Shown here: piece after piece, positions 8,153-22,619 of the stretch
How the letters are laid out: every line of letters starts with the position of its first letter
Numbering within the stretch: the first letter of the stretch is position 1
Assembly: GCA_035688265.1 (NCBI GenBank)
Contig: DASSNE010000034.1
Coordinates: 6,055-70,054, forward strand
Origin: Gammaproteobacteria bacterium
GTDB taxonomy: Bacteria > Pseudomonadota > Gammaproteobacteria > Natronospirales > DASSBR01
DNA length: 64,000 nucleotides
Reading direction: 5' to 3'
Made by a program: the position numbers and the translations under genes
Notes under the pieces: generated by a model
The model's database searches: none
Told to the model about the DNA's origin: nothing
Seen by the model: only the letters and a program-made list of their open reading frames with translations

Positions 8153-9547
8153 TCACCGCCAACCCAGCCGCCAAGACTGAAATTCCGACGGCCGCAACTG
8201 ATAGCGAGCGATATTCCCCTCGTGCAGGCTCATCAGTTCGGTTTCGGCAATTTCGACGAATCGCGCCCGATCCATCTCAGGCACCTCATTCCCGGCGTAG
8301 CTACGAATCAGCGCACTCGCGGCCCTCTTGTCCATTCGGCGGCTCACTACGGCCGTGACAATTTCCGCAACCTGCGCGCGGTACCGCAGCCGGAACGGGT
8401 CCGGCTCTCCCAGCGACTGCCGAATTGCAGAATAGCGGGCGGACGAGCGTTCATAAGCCCAAACGAATACGTCTCGCAACAGGTCCACGCGGTTCAGTTC
8501 GTAAACTCCCAGTATGCCCTCGATATAGGCTCGTTCGGGCATATCGACGAATGACAACGGGCACAGATTCCGGCGCACGAGCGGAATGTTTGCCGCGAGT
8601 CGTGAAACGCGCTTGTTCACGTCAGCGAACGGTTGCAGATATGGCAGGTGCACCATGGCAAAGAAGGCTTGCTCTAGCGGATCCTCGATTGCAGAAGCCT
8701 TGGTGAGCATCTGCTCAAACGATTCCTCGATCAGTTGCGGCACTGCGAGCGGGTGATAGACAGACCCACCGATTTCGACGCCGTGCGTCCGGAGCCGGCC
8801 GCCGGCTTGTGGATCGGAAAGCAGATTTTCCGACAGCAGGGCATGCAGGTTGAGGATGGTGTATCGATTGAACCCGATCTCCGCCGCCTGATCGACAAGA
8901 AGCTCAATCGCTCGCTTGTGGTTCAGGATCATCTGCGACTCGCGCGCATCTTTACCCTCGGCGGACTCGCCTAATTCCAACAGTCGTTCGGTTTCCAGCA
9001 GCGAATAAGTGTTGCCTTCCAACCGACTCGAGTTCCAGGACAGGTCGATCAGCATCCGGCTGAAAATCTGCCGGGCGTAGGTGCCGGCCGGCCTTTCACC
9101 GTCGGGCGAGCGACCGACCTCGGCAAGGTGCCGGCGGAGATCATGAGCAAGATAAAATGTGGCGTTCGGCCGATAGGCGTCGAGGAAGTCCCTGTTATAG
9201 CCAACCGGCTGGCGGGCCTGGATCGGCTGGCGGACCGCCCTTTTGGTCATCTCTCCGTCTACTGAGAGCGGGACATAAACTTCGCCCTCTTCGCGCACTT
9301 CTACGCGCCGGGCGAGCGCGCCGGCTGCATTCGCGTAGTCAGCCAGCCGATACTGGCGGCCTCGTCCCCGTCCGTCGGCGATCAGGCGATTCTGGCGGAC
9401 GAGCAGCGCCAGCCAACGCTGTAACGTTCGGCGGGGCGCTTTGGGCGCCAATGCTTGATCGATCTCCTCAAGCCTGGCTCCGTCAGGGAAGCGCGAAACC
9501 GCTGCCAGCACTGCTTCAAGTTGATCCTGGGACGTTTGTCGTGGCAT
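8153..9547 (-). CDS. Winged-helix + Fic/Doc-fold protein with degenerate active-site motif
   Basis: The N-terminus is wHTH-like (RRTLQRWLALLVRQNRL). SSRLEG fits the (S/T)xxxE(G/N) inhibitory-helix motif. The Fic core reads LQPFADVNKRVSR, against the consensus HxFx(D/E)GNGRxxR and the Doc variant HxFxD(A/G)NKR. I prefer the start at ATG 9547 (MPRQTSQ...); the track start is 9631. Confidence 0.7.
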   Translation of the reverse strand: MPRQTSQDQLEAVLAAVSRFPDGARLEEIDQALAPKAPRRTLQRWLALLVRQNRLIADGRGRGRQYRLADYANAAGALARRVEVREEGEVYVPLSVDGEMTKRAVRQPIQARQPVGYNRDFLDAYRPNATFYLAHDLRRHLAEVGRSPDGERPAGTYARQIFSRMLIDLSWNSSRLEGNTYSLLETERLLELGESAEGKDARESQMILNHKRAIELLVDQAAEIGFNRYTILNLHALLSENLLSDPQAGGRLRTHGVEIGGSVYHPLAVPQLIEESFEQMLTKASAIEDPLEQAFFAMVHLPYLQPFADVNKRVSRLAANIPLVRRNLCPLSFVDMPERAYIEGILGVYELNRVDLLRDVFVWAYERSSARYSAIRQSLGEPDPFRLRYRAQVAEIVTAVVSRRMDKRAASALIRSYAGNEVPEMDRARFVEIAETELMSLHEGNIARYQLRPSEFQSWRLGWR

Positions 9548-9550
9548 TTT

Positions 9551-9580
9551 AGTGGCGCAATAATTGTTTTGCGCGCCACT
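9551..9580. promoter_or_regulatory. Imperfect inverted repeat just upstream of the Fic-like gene start (candidate operator)
   Basis: The sequence is AGTGGCGCAA-taattgtt-TTGCGCGCCACT. The TGGCGCAA half-site recurs at ~9593-9600. It lies in the divergent Fic/ligD intergenic region. Confidence 0.35.
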
Positions 9581-9731
9581 ATACGCCAGAATCTGGCGCA
9601 ATTCCAGGTATCGCGCCAGTAAACGGCACATCAGGTCGAGAGCAGCGCTACTCGTTAATCGTGTTCCCTGCTACGATCAATAATATTCGAGCCGTCGCGC
9701 CCATATCGGCGGGTCGAACCGGAGTCCAAGG

Positions 9732-12254
9732 ATGGATAACCTCACAACATACCGCCAAAAGCGCAACTTCAAGCGCACATCGGAGCCGGCCGGCGCTGAC
9801 GGCGCTTCGCGGCCCGGCAGCGACGATCCCATTTACATCATCCACAAGCACGACGCGAGCCGGCTGCATTTCGATCTGCGGCTGGAGGAGGACGGCGTGC
9901 TGCGGAGTTGGGCGGTGCCGAAGGGGCCGAGCCTGAAGGTGGGCGAGAGGCATCTGGCCGTGGCCGTCGAGGATCATCCGTTCGAGTACAAGGATTTCGA
10001 GGGGACGATTCCCGAGAAGGAGTACGGCGGCGGGACCGTGATGCTGTGGGATCGGGGGCATTGGCGCGCGAAGAAGGAGAAGACCGGGCATATCGATTTC
10101 GAGTTGAACGGCGACAAGCTGGCCGGTTCCTGGACGTTGGTGCAGATGCAGGGCAAGGCCGGCGAGGGCGGCAAGAACTGGCTGCTGATCAAGCGCCGCG
10201 ACCGCAAGCAGACGCGCAAGCCCGCGCCGCCCGGCGATGACGATGTGAGTGTCGCCAGCGGGCGCACGATGGAGGAGATCGCGCGCGGCGCGAAGCCGAA
10301 GGCGCACGAGGAGGTGGCGGCGGAGCGCGCGGCGAAATTGAAAGGCGCACGCAAGGCCGCGCTGCCGCGCGAGCCTTCGCTGCGGCTGGCAACGCTGGGC
10401 AAGCAGGCGCCCGACGGAGACGACTGGCTGCACGAAATCAAGTTCGACGGCTACCGGCTGCTGGCGCGCCTCGACCACGGCAAAGTGCGTCTGCTGACGC
10501 GCAACGCGAAGAACTGGAGCGAGCGCTTCCCGGCGTTGGGCAAGGCGCTGGCGAAGCTCCAGGTCGACAGCGCGCTGCTCGACGGCGAGCTGGTGTCGCT
10601 GGATGCCGCCGGCGTCAGTCGCTTCGGTGCGCTGCAGGAGGCGATCAGCGAGCGGCGCACCGATGCGCTCGTCTATTTCGTCTTCGATCTGCTGTATCTC
10701 GACGGCTACGATCTCAAGAAAGTGATCCTGCGGGACCGCAAGCGGCTGCTCGCCGAGCTGCTCGGCAGTGACCCGCCCGCGCTGATCCGCTACACCGATC
10801 ACGTCGCCGGCAACGGCCCGGCATTTTTCGAGAAGGCCTGCGAAAGCGGCCTCGAAGGCATCGTCTCCAAGCGCGTCGACAGCCCCTACAGCGGCGGGCG
10901 CAGCAAGCAGTGGCGCAAGACGAAGTGCGTGAAGGATGCGGAGTTCATCGTCGGCGGCTATACGGACCCGGCCGGCTCGCGCACGGGCTTCGGCGCGCTG
11001 CTGCTGGGCGCGTATGACGACGACGGCAAGCTGGCCTACGCCGGCCGCGTGGGCACCGGCTTCTCGGACCGCCAGCTCGCGGCGCTGCACAAGACGCTCA
11101 AGGAGCTGGAGATTGGCAAACGGCCGTTCCGGGAGGCGGTGCCGGATTCGGCGGGCGTGCATTGGGTGCGCCCGACGCTGGTGGTGGATGTGACATTCAC
11201 CGAGCGCACGCGCGACGGCCGGCTGCGTCATCCCAGCTTTCGCGGGCTGCGCGAGGACCGCAACGGGGACGAGATTCGGCTGCATCCGCGACCCGCGGCG
11301 AAGCCGGCGCCGAAGCGGAGTTCAAAACGGCGAACCACAACGCGCGCCCGCGGCAAGGGCGAAGCGGTCGCCGGCGTGCGCCTCAGCAATCCGAACCGGG
11401 TGTTGTACGAACAGATGGGCATCACCAAGCTCGATCTCGCGCACTATTACGAGTCGATCGCCGACTGGATCCTGCCGCAACTCGCGGACCGGCCGCTGTC
11501 GCTGCTGCGTTGCCCTTCGGGTGCGGGCAACTGCTTTTTCCAGAAGCATCCGGGCGAGGCGCTGGTGCCGGGAATGCCGCGCATCGACATCACTGAAAAC
11601 AACGGCGACCTGCGAACTTACGTCTACGTTCACGCGCTGCCCGACCTGATCTCGCTGGTGCAGGCGGGTACGCTGGAGATTCATCCGTGGGGCAGCCGCG
11701 TCGATAACGTCGACAAGCCGGACCTGATCGTGTTCGATCTCGACCCGTCGCCGGAGGTCGGCTGGGCGGAAGTGCTGCGCGTCGCGGGGACGCTGCGCGA
11801 GCGGCTGGAGCAGCTGGGCCTGACGCCGTTTGTGCGGCTGACCGGCGGCAAGGGGCTGCACCTGGTGGTGCCGCTGCGGCGCCGCGATGGCTGGGACGAG
11901 ATCAAGGCTTTTGCGCGCGCGGTGTGCGAGGCGCATGTGCACGATGAGCCGAAGAAGCTGACCGCAACGATGTCCAAGGCGAAGCGGCGCGGGCGGATTT
12001 TCCTCGATTATCTGCGCAACGGCCGCGGAGCGACGGCGATCGCCAGTTATTCGACCCGCGCCCACCCGCATGCGCCGGTTTCGGTACCAGTTCGCTGGGA
12101 TGAACTCAGCGAATCGATACAATCGGACTATTATCGAGTCGATAACCTGCCGCAGCGGCTGGCGGCGTTGAAGGCAAATCCGTGGGCGGACTTCGAGTCG
12201 GCACGGCGGCAGATTACCAAGGCGATGCGTAAGGCTGTCGGGATGAAGACTTAG
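9732..12254 (+). CDS. ligD: ATP-dependent DNA ligase D (phosphoesterase - ligase - polymerase/primase domains)
   Basis: 840 aa. The N-terminal PE domain shows YRQKRNFKRTSEP and HFDLRLE. The ligase adenylation motif is EIKFDGYR. The C-terminal LigD polymerase domain shows LTGGKGLHLVVPL. Confidence 0.92.
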   Translation: MDNLTTYRQKRNFKRTSEPAGADGASRPGSDDPIYIIHKHDASRLHFDLRLEEDGVLRSWAVPKGPSLKVGERHLAVAVEDHPFEYKDFEGTIPEKEYGGGTVMLWDRGHWRAKKEKTGHIDFELNGDKLAGSWTLVQMQGKAGEGGKNWLLIKRRDRKQTRKPAPPGDDDVSVASGRTMEEIARGAKPKAHEEVAAERAAKLKGARKAALPREPSLRLATLGKQAPDGDDWLHEIKFDGYRLLARLDHGKVRLLTRNAKNWSERFPALGKALAKLQVDSALLDGELVSLDAAGVSRFGALQEAISERRTDALVYFVFDLLYLDGYDLKKVILRDRKRLLAELLGSDPPALIRYTDHVAGNGPAFFEKACESGLEGIVSKRVDSPYSGGRSKQWRKTKCVKDAEFIVGGYTDPAGSRTGFGALLLGAYDDDGKLAYAGRVGTGFSDRQLAALHKTLKELEIGKRPFREAVPDSAGVHWVRPTLVVDVTFTERTRDGRLRHPSFRGLREDRNGDEIRLHPRPAAKPAPKRSSKRRTTTRARGKGEAVAGVRLSNPNRVLYEQMGITKLDLAHYYESIADWILPQLADRPLSLLRCPSGAGNCFFQKHPGEALVPGMPRIDITENNGDLRTYVYVHALPDLISLVQAGTLEIHPWGSRVDNVDKPDLIVFDLDPSPEVGWAEVLRVAGTLRERLEQLGLTPFVRLTGGKGLHLVVPLRRRDGWDEIKAFARAVCEAHVHDEPKKLTATMSKAKRRGRIFLDYLRNGRGATAIASYSTRAHPHAPVSVPVRWDELSESIQSDYYRVDNLPQRLAALKANPWADFESARRQITKAMRKAVGMKT

Positions 12255-12304
12255 GAACGAATCATGAGCAATGGAATGCGCGACAAGACCGGGCGGTGGG
12301 CGCC

Positions 12305-13081
12305 ATGACCGCCCGGGCGATGTGGAAGGGCGCGATCTGCTTTGATGGCGTACGTGTGCCGGTCAAGTTCTATGCGGCGGTCGCCGATCGGGACGTGCAT
12401 TTCCGCCTGCTGCACGCCAAAGACCGGGTGCCGGTGAAGCAGGCGATGGTGAAGCCCGATTCCGGCGACATCGTGCCCTACGCCGAGGCGCGGCGGGCCT
12501 ATGTGACCGAGGAGCGCGACTGGGTAGTCCTGAACGATGAGGATCTGGCCGCCGTCGAGCCGGAGGAGTCCCGCGATGTCGAAATCCTCGAATTCCTGCC
12601 GCCGCGGGTGATCGATCACCGCTGGTATCTGCGCCCGTATTATCTCGGCCCCGACGGCGCCGACAAGGCGTACGCGGCGCTGATTGCCGGCCTCGCCAAG
12701 TCCGGCCAGGAAGGCCTCGCCCGCTGGACGATGCGCAAGCAGGAGTACGTCGGCGCGCTGCGCCTGCACGCGGGCTACCCGGTGCTGGTGTCGCTGCGCC
12801 ATGCCGGCGAGGTGATTGCGGTCGAGGAGCTGGAGGCGCCGGGCGGCCGCGAGCTCGACAAGCGCGAAATCGACATGGCGAAGCAGTTGATCGGCATGCT
12901 GGAGGCGCCGTTCGAGCCGGCCGACTACCGCAACGAGCATCGCGCCCGCATTCTCGACCTGATCGAGACCAAGCGCCGCGGCGGCAAGGCGAAGATCATT
13001 CCGTTCAAGCGCCCCAGGCCGACGCAGGATCTGTCGAAGGCGCTGGAAGCCAGCCTCAAGCGGGAGCGCAAGAGTGCTTAG
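12305..13081 (+). CDS. ku: Ku DNA end-binding protein (paralog 1)
   Basis: The N-terminus MTARAMWKGAICFDGVRVPVKFYAA is typical of bacterial Ku. ATG 12305 is preferred over the GTG at 12296. Confidence 0.88.
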   Translation: MTARAMWKGAICFDGVRVPVKFYAAVADRDVHFRLLHAKDRVPVKQAMVKPDSGDIVPYAEARRAYVTEERDWVVLNDEDLAAVEPEESRDVEILEFLPPRVIDHRWYLRPYYLGPDGADKAYAALIAGLAKSGQEGLARWTMRKQEYVGALRLHAGYPVLVSLRHAGEVIAVEELEAPGGRELDKREIDMAKQLIGMLEAPFEPADYRNEHRARILDLIETKRRGGKAKIIPFKRPRPTQDLSKALEASLKRERKSA

Positions 13082-13100
13082 GGAATTCAGTAATTCTTTT

Positions 13101-13190
13101 GTCATTCCCGCGAAGGCGGGAATCCAGTCTAATCAGTGGCGGCCTTGGGCCGCATCCATCTGACTGGGTTCCTGCCTCCGCAGGAACGAC
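13101..13190. repeat. 90-bp palindromic MITE/REP-like element, copy 1
   Basis: It has terminal hairpins (ATTCCCGC-gaag-GCGGGAAT and GTTCCTGC-ctcc-GCAGGAAC) and a central GCGGCC-ttg-GGCCGC. The two halves are reverse complements of each other. A second copy lies at 35287-35375. Confidence 0.8.
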
Positions 13191-13213
13191 GAGGAAAGCA
13201 GACAGGACATCAG

Positions 13214-14221
13214 ATGCCACGTAAACACCACGACAGCGAGCAACAGTCGCGCCGCCCCGGGCCGCGGCCGTTCTGGTCGGGCATCATCGCCTTCGGTCTC
13301 GTCAGCCTGCCGGTCAGCCTGTACGTGGCGACACGTTCCAATAAAGTGTCGCTGCGGATGGTCGACGAAGATGGCGAGCCGCTCGCGCGGCGCTATTTCT
13401 GCCCCAACGAGGAGCGCCCGCTGGAGCCCGATGAGATCGTGCGCGGCTACGAGGTCGAGAAGGACCAGTTCGTGGTGGTGAGCGACGACGAACTGGACGC
13501 GATCGCGCCGCCCAAGTCGCAGGAAATCGACCTGCGCCGCTTCGTGCCCGCGGACGACATCGACCCGATGTACTTCGAGCGTGCCTACTTCCTCGCGCCG
13601 GACAAAGGCGCAACCAAGCCCTATCGCCTGCTGGCGAAGAGCATGGAGGACACCGGCCGCGCCGGCATCGCCACCTGCGTGATTCGCGGCAAGGAGTACC
13701 TGATCGCGATCCTGTCCAGCCACGGCATCCTGCGCGCCGAAATCCTGCGTTTCGCCGACGAGCTGCGCACGCCCGACGACGTGGGCCCGCCCGAGCCGAA
13801 GAATCCGGACGCGGCGGCCGTCAAGCGCATCGAGCAGGCGATCAAGTCGAATAGCCGCAAGACCCTCGACACCGACAAAATGGCCGATGCCCGCGCCCAG
13901 CGCCTGTTGAAGCGCGTCGACGAAAAGCTCAAGGCGGGCGAGGACGTGATTCACGAGCCGGAGTATGTCGAGGACGAAGAAGAGGCGGAAGGCACCGAGC
14001 CGGTGGACCTGATGGCGGTGCTCAAGGCGAGCCTCGAACAGGAAAACGATGGGCAACGGGCGCCGAGGCGGCGCGCCGCGAAGCCGAAGCCCGGCGGCGG
14101 CCGGAGCCGGAAGGCGGGGCGCTCGCGCGAAGAACTCTACGAAGAAGCGCAAAAGCTCGATATTCCCGGCCGCAGCAAGATGACCAAGGATGAACTCGCC
14201 CGCGCCATCCGCCACCACTAG
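13214..14221 (+). CDS. ku: Ku DNA end-binding protein (paralog 2) with basic tail and Rho_N/SAP-like C-terminal motif
   Basis: Ku core: RPFWSGIIAFGLVSLPVSLYVA. The C-terminus is Lys/Arg-rich and ends in ELYEEAQKLDIPGRSKMTKDELARAI, a Rho-N-type helix-extended-helix pattern. I place the start at ATG 13214; the track start at 13136 reads through the repeat element. Confidence 0.85.
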   Translation: MPRKHHDSEQQSRRPGPRPFWSGIIAFGLVSLPVSLYVATRSNKVSLRMVDEDGEPLARRYFCPNEERPLEPDEIVRGYEVEKDQFVVVSDDELDAIAPPKSQEIDLRRFVPADDIDPMYFERAYFLAPDKGATKPYRLLAKSMEDTGRAGIATCVIRGKEYLIAILSSHGILRAEILRFADELRTPDDVGPPEPKNPDAAAVKRIEQAIKSNSRKTLDTDKMADARAQRLLKRVDEKLKAGEDVIHEPEYVEDEEEAEGTEPVDLMAVLKASLEQENDGQRAPRRRAAKPKPGGGRSRKAGRSREELYEEAQKLDIPGRSKMTKDELARAIRHH

Positions 14222-14303
14222 CGGTCCCCAGCGGCGGTTAGGGTCATCCCTAGACCGCATTTCCCCCAGACCTTGCTACAATCGAATCCATTTTTGCAGA
14301 GAT

Positions 14304-15944
14304 ATGCGCCCATTGGAGTCGGAAACAGCAATCTCGCCGCAACGGGAGCGCGCGGCAAATCCACCGTCCGCGGACATCCTCGTCGTCGACGACAACAAGC
14401 CGAACCTCGCCGCCATCGAGGTGGCGCTCGGCGACATGGGCCGGCACCTGGTCAAGGCGGAATCCGGTCAGGCGGCCCTGCGCGAACTGCTGACCCGTGA
14501 CTTTGCGCTGATCATCCTCGACGTACAAATGCCGGGCATGGACGGCTTCGAGACCGCGCGACTGATTCGCAACCGCAAGCGCACCCGGCACGTACCGATC
14601 ATCTTCGTCACCGCCTACACCCGCAACGACGCCGAAATCCTCAAGGGCTACCGCCTCGGCGCGGTCGACTTCATGTTCAAGCCGATCGTCCCCGAGGTGC
14701 TGCGCGCCAAGGCGCGCGTCTTTGTCGAACTGCAGGAGCGCACCGCCGAGGTGCAGCACCAGGCCCAGCGCCTGCGCGAGCTGGAGCGCCGCGAGAGCCT
14801 GCGCCAGATCGCGATCGAGCGCGAACGCTGGAAGGCGGAAACGGCACGGCGCGAAAACCGGCAGAAAGATGAGTTTCTCGCCGTGCTCGCGCACGAGTTG
14901 CGCAATCCGCTGTCGCCGATCGTCACCGGCATCCAGCTGCTGGAAACCTACGGCAAGGACAACGCCGGCGTGTGTCGCGTGCGCGGCATGATGGATCGCC
15001 AGGCGCGCCACCTGATGCGGCTGATCGACGACCTGCTCGACGTGGCACGCATTACCAGCGGCAAGATCAACGTCGAGATCGGCCGGGTGAATCTGGCCGA
15101 GGCCGCCGAACAGGCCGCCGACAGTGTCGCCGAACTGATTGCCGAGAAGCACCACACGCTTACCGTGACGCCACCGGACGAGGCGCTGACGGTGGCGGCC
15201 GACCCGGTGCGCCTGACGCAGATCATCGCCAATCTGCTGAACAATGCCGCGCGCTACACCGACGACGGCGGCAAGATCGAGTTGACTTGGCTGCGCGACG
15301 GCGACGAAGCGCTGATCCGCGTCAGCGACAACGGCCAGGGGATTTCGCCCGAAATGCTGGAGCGCATCTTTGAGCAGTTCGTGCAGGAAGACAGCCGCGG
15401 CCGCGGGCTGGGCCTGGGCCTCGCGCTGGTGCAGCGGCTGGTGGCCATGCACGGCGGGCGCGTACGCGCGGCCAGCGACGGCCACGGTCGCGGCAGCGAA
15501 TTCAGCGTCTGGATTCCGCTGGCGGAGCCGGCCGTGGCGGAAGACGGTGCCGTGTCGCCGGCAGCGGCCACCGGAAAGTGTGCGCCGCTGAACATCGTGC
15601 TGGTCGAGGACGAGGCGGACATCCGCGACAGCATTCAGGCGCTGCTCGAAGATTGGGGACACCACGTCGACACCGCCGCCGACGGCAGCGACGGCGCCAT
15701 GCTGATCGCGCGGTGCAAGCCCGACGTGGCGATTGTCGATATCGCAATGCCCGGGCTTGACGGCTACGCAGTGGCGCGCCAGGTGCGCCGCGATCCGGGC
15801 GGCGAGCGCATCCGGCTGATCGCGATGACCGGCTTCGGCCGCGACCACGACCGCCGCCGCGCACTGCAGGCTGGATTCGACCAGCATCTGACCAAGCCGG
15901 CACGGCCGGAAGAATTACAACAGGCGTTAATCGCCCATAACTGA
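14304..15944 (+). CDS. Hybrid sensor histidine kinase/response regulator (REC - coiled coil - HisKA - HATPase - REC)
   Basis: N-terminal REC: [10 protein letters not shown]...[11 protein letters not shown]-box: [14 protein letters not shown]. HATPase: DNGQGI and [10 protein letters not shown]-terminal REC: [10 protein letters not shown]...[10 protein letters not shown]...LTKP. The start is set at ATG 14304, after the ku stop. Confidence 0.88.
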   Translation: MRPLESETAISPQRERAANPPSADILVVDDNKPNLAAIEVALGDMGRHLVKAESGQAALRELLTRDFALIILDVQMPGMDGFETARLIRNRKRTRHVPIIFVTAYTRNDAEILKGYRLGAVDFMFKPIVPEVLRAKARVFVELQERTAEVQHQAQRLRELERRESLRQIAIERERWKAETARRENRQKDEFLAVLAHELRNPLSPIVTGIQLLETYGKDNAGVCRVRGMMDRQARHLMRLIDDLLDVARITSGKINVEIGRVNLAEAAEQAADSVAELIAEKHHTLTVTPPDEALTVAADPVRLTQIIANLLNNAARYTDDGGKIELTWLRDGDEALIRVSDNGQGISPEMLERIFEQFVQEDSRGRGLGLGLALVQRLVAMHGGRVRAASDGHGRGSEFSVWIPLAEPAVAEDGAVSPAAATGKCAPLNIVLVEDEADIRDSIQALLEDWGHHVDTAADGSDGAMLIARCKPDVAIVDIAMPGLDGYAVARQVRRDPGGERIRLIAMTGFGRDHDRRRALQAGFDQHLTKPARPEELQQALIAHN

Positions 15945-15954
15945 GGACGAGAGG

Positions 15955-21666
<5,712 letters not shown>

Positions 21667-21683
21667 CCGCTCGTATCTTCTTA

Positions 21684-21799
21684 CCCCCTCTCCCTTCGGG
21701 AGAGGGCTGGGGTGAGGGTGCCCGGTCGAACGCTTTTGGCCATCCCATCCTTCTCGACTTCCGACCTCACCCCTAACCCCTCTCCCGAAGGGAGAGGGG
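21684..21799. repeat. Composite REP-type palindromic element (two inverted ~35-nt hairpin modules)
   Basis: The left module is CCCCCTCTCCCTTCGGGAGAGGGCTGGGGTGAGGG. The right module, CCTCACCCCTAACCCCTCTCCCGAAGGGAGAGGGG, is its near reverse complement. The element sits between the kinase stop (21666) and the ubiE start. Confidence 0.8.
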
Positions 21800-21843
21800 A
21801 ATGAAGAAGCGCAAAGCTGCGTAATTGAGCGTAGGCGGCTACA

Positions 21844-22608
21844 ATGCCCGGTATGGATCAGGACGCTCCGAACCAGACGCATTTCGGCTTTCAGCAAGTC
21901 CCGGTCGCCGACAAGGCGCGCCGGGTCGGCGCGGTATTCGACTCGGTCGCGACACGTTACGACCTGATGAACGACCTGATGTCGTTCGGCCTGCACCGAA
22001 TCTGGAAGCGCTTCGCACTGTCGCAGACGGGCCTCAGGCCCGGCGGCCGCGCGCTCGACATTGCCGGCGGCACCGGCGACATCGCCCGCGGACTCGCGCG
22101 CCAGGTCGGCGATGCTGGCAGCGTGACGATGGCCGACATCAATCGCGCGATGCTCGACGAGGGCCGGCGCCACCTGGTCGATGCCGGATTCGGCGCGCGC
22201 GTGGCGCTGTGCCAGGCCGACGCCGAAGCGCTGCCGTTCCGCGATGACTGGTTCGACTGCGCGACGATCGCGTTCGGCCTGCGCAACGTCACGCGCAAGG
22301 AGAATGCGCTCGCGAGCATCTACCGCGTGCTGCGGCCGGGCGGCCGCCTGCTGGTACTGGAATTCTCGCAGCCGACGCTCGCCGCGATCGAGCCGCTCTA
22401 CGATCTGTATTCGTTCAGGGTGCTGCCGTGGCTCGGCAAGACGATTGCCCACGACGCGCCCAGTTACCAATACCTGGCCGAGTCGATTCGCATGCACCCG
22501 GACCAGCTTACGCTCAAGGCGATGATGGAAACGGCCGGCTTCGAGCAGTGTCGCTATTTCAACCTGAGCGGCGGCATTGTCGCGTTGCACGTCGGCTACA
22601 AGTTTTGA
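21844..22608 (+). CDS. ubiE: Ubiquinone/menaquinone biosynthesis C-methyltransferase UbiE
   Basis: 254 aa. [45 protein letters not shown] is the characteristic UbiE N-terminus, and the SAM motif is LDIAGGTGD. Confidence 0.92.
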   Translation: MPGMDQDAPNQTHFGFQQVPVADKARRVGAVFDSVATRYDLMNDLMSFGLHRIWKRFALSQTGLRPGGRALDIAGGTGDIARGLARQVGDAGSVTMADINRAMLDEGRRHLVDAGFGARVALCQADAEALPFRDDWFDCATIAFGLRNVTRKENALASIYRVLRPGGRLLVLEFSQPTLAAIEPLYDLYSFRVLPWLGKTIAHDAPSYQYLAESIRMHPDQLTLKAMMETAGFEQCRYFNLSGGIVALHVGYKF

Positions 22609-22619
22609 TTCGGACGCCT

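Noticed and set aside
9648-11285. 545-aa ORF on the minus strand
   Set aside because: It lies antisense to ligD. Its composition is Arg/Ala/Leu/Pro-rich with no motif, which is the typical shadow ORF of a high-GC coding region. LigD on the plus strand has clear domain motifs.
14250-15887. 545-aa minus-strand ORF
   Set aside because: It lies antisense to the REC-HisKA-HATPase-REC kinase and has low-complexity composition. It is a shadow ORF.
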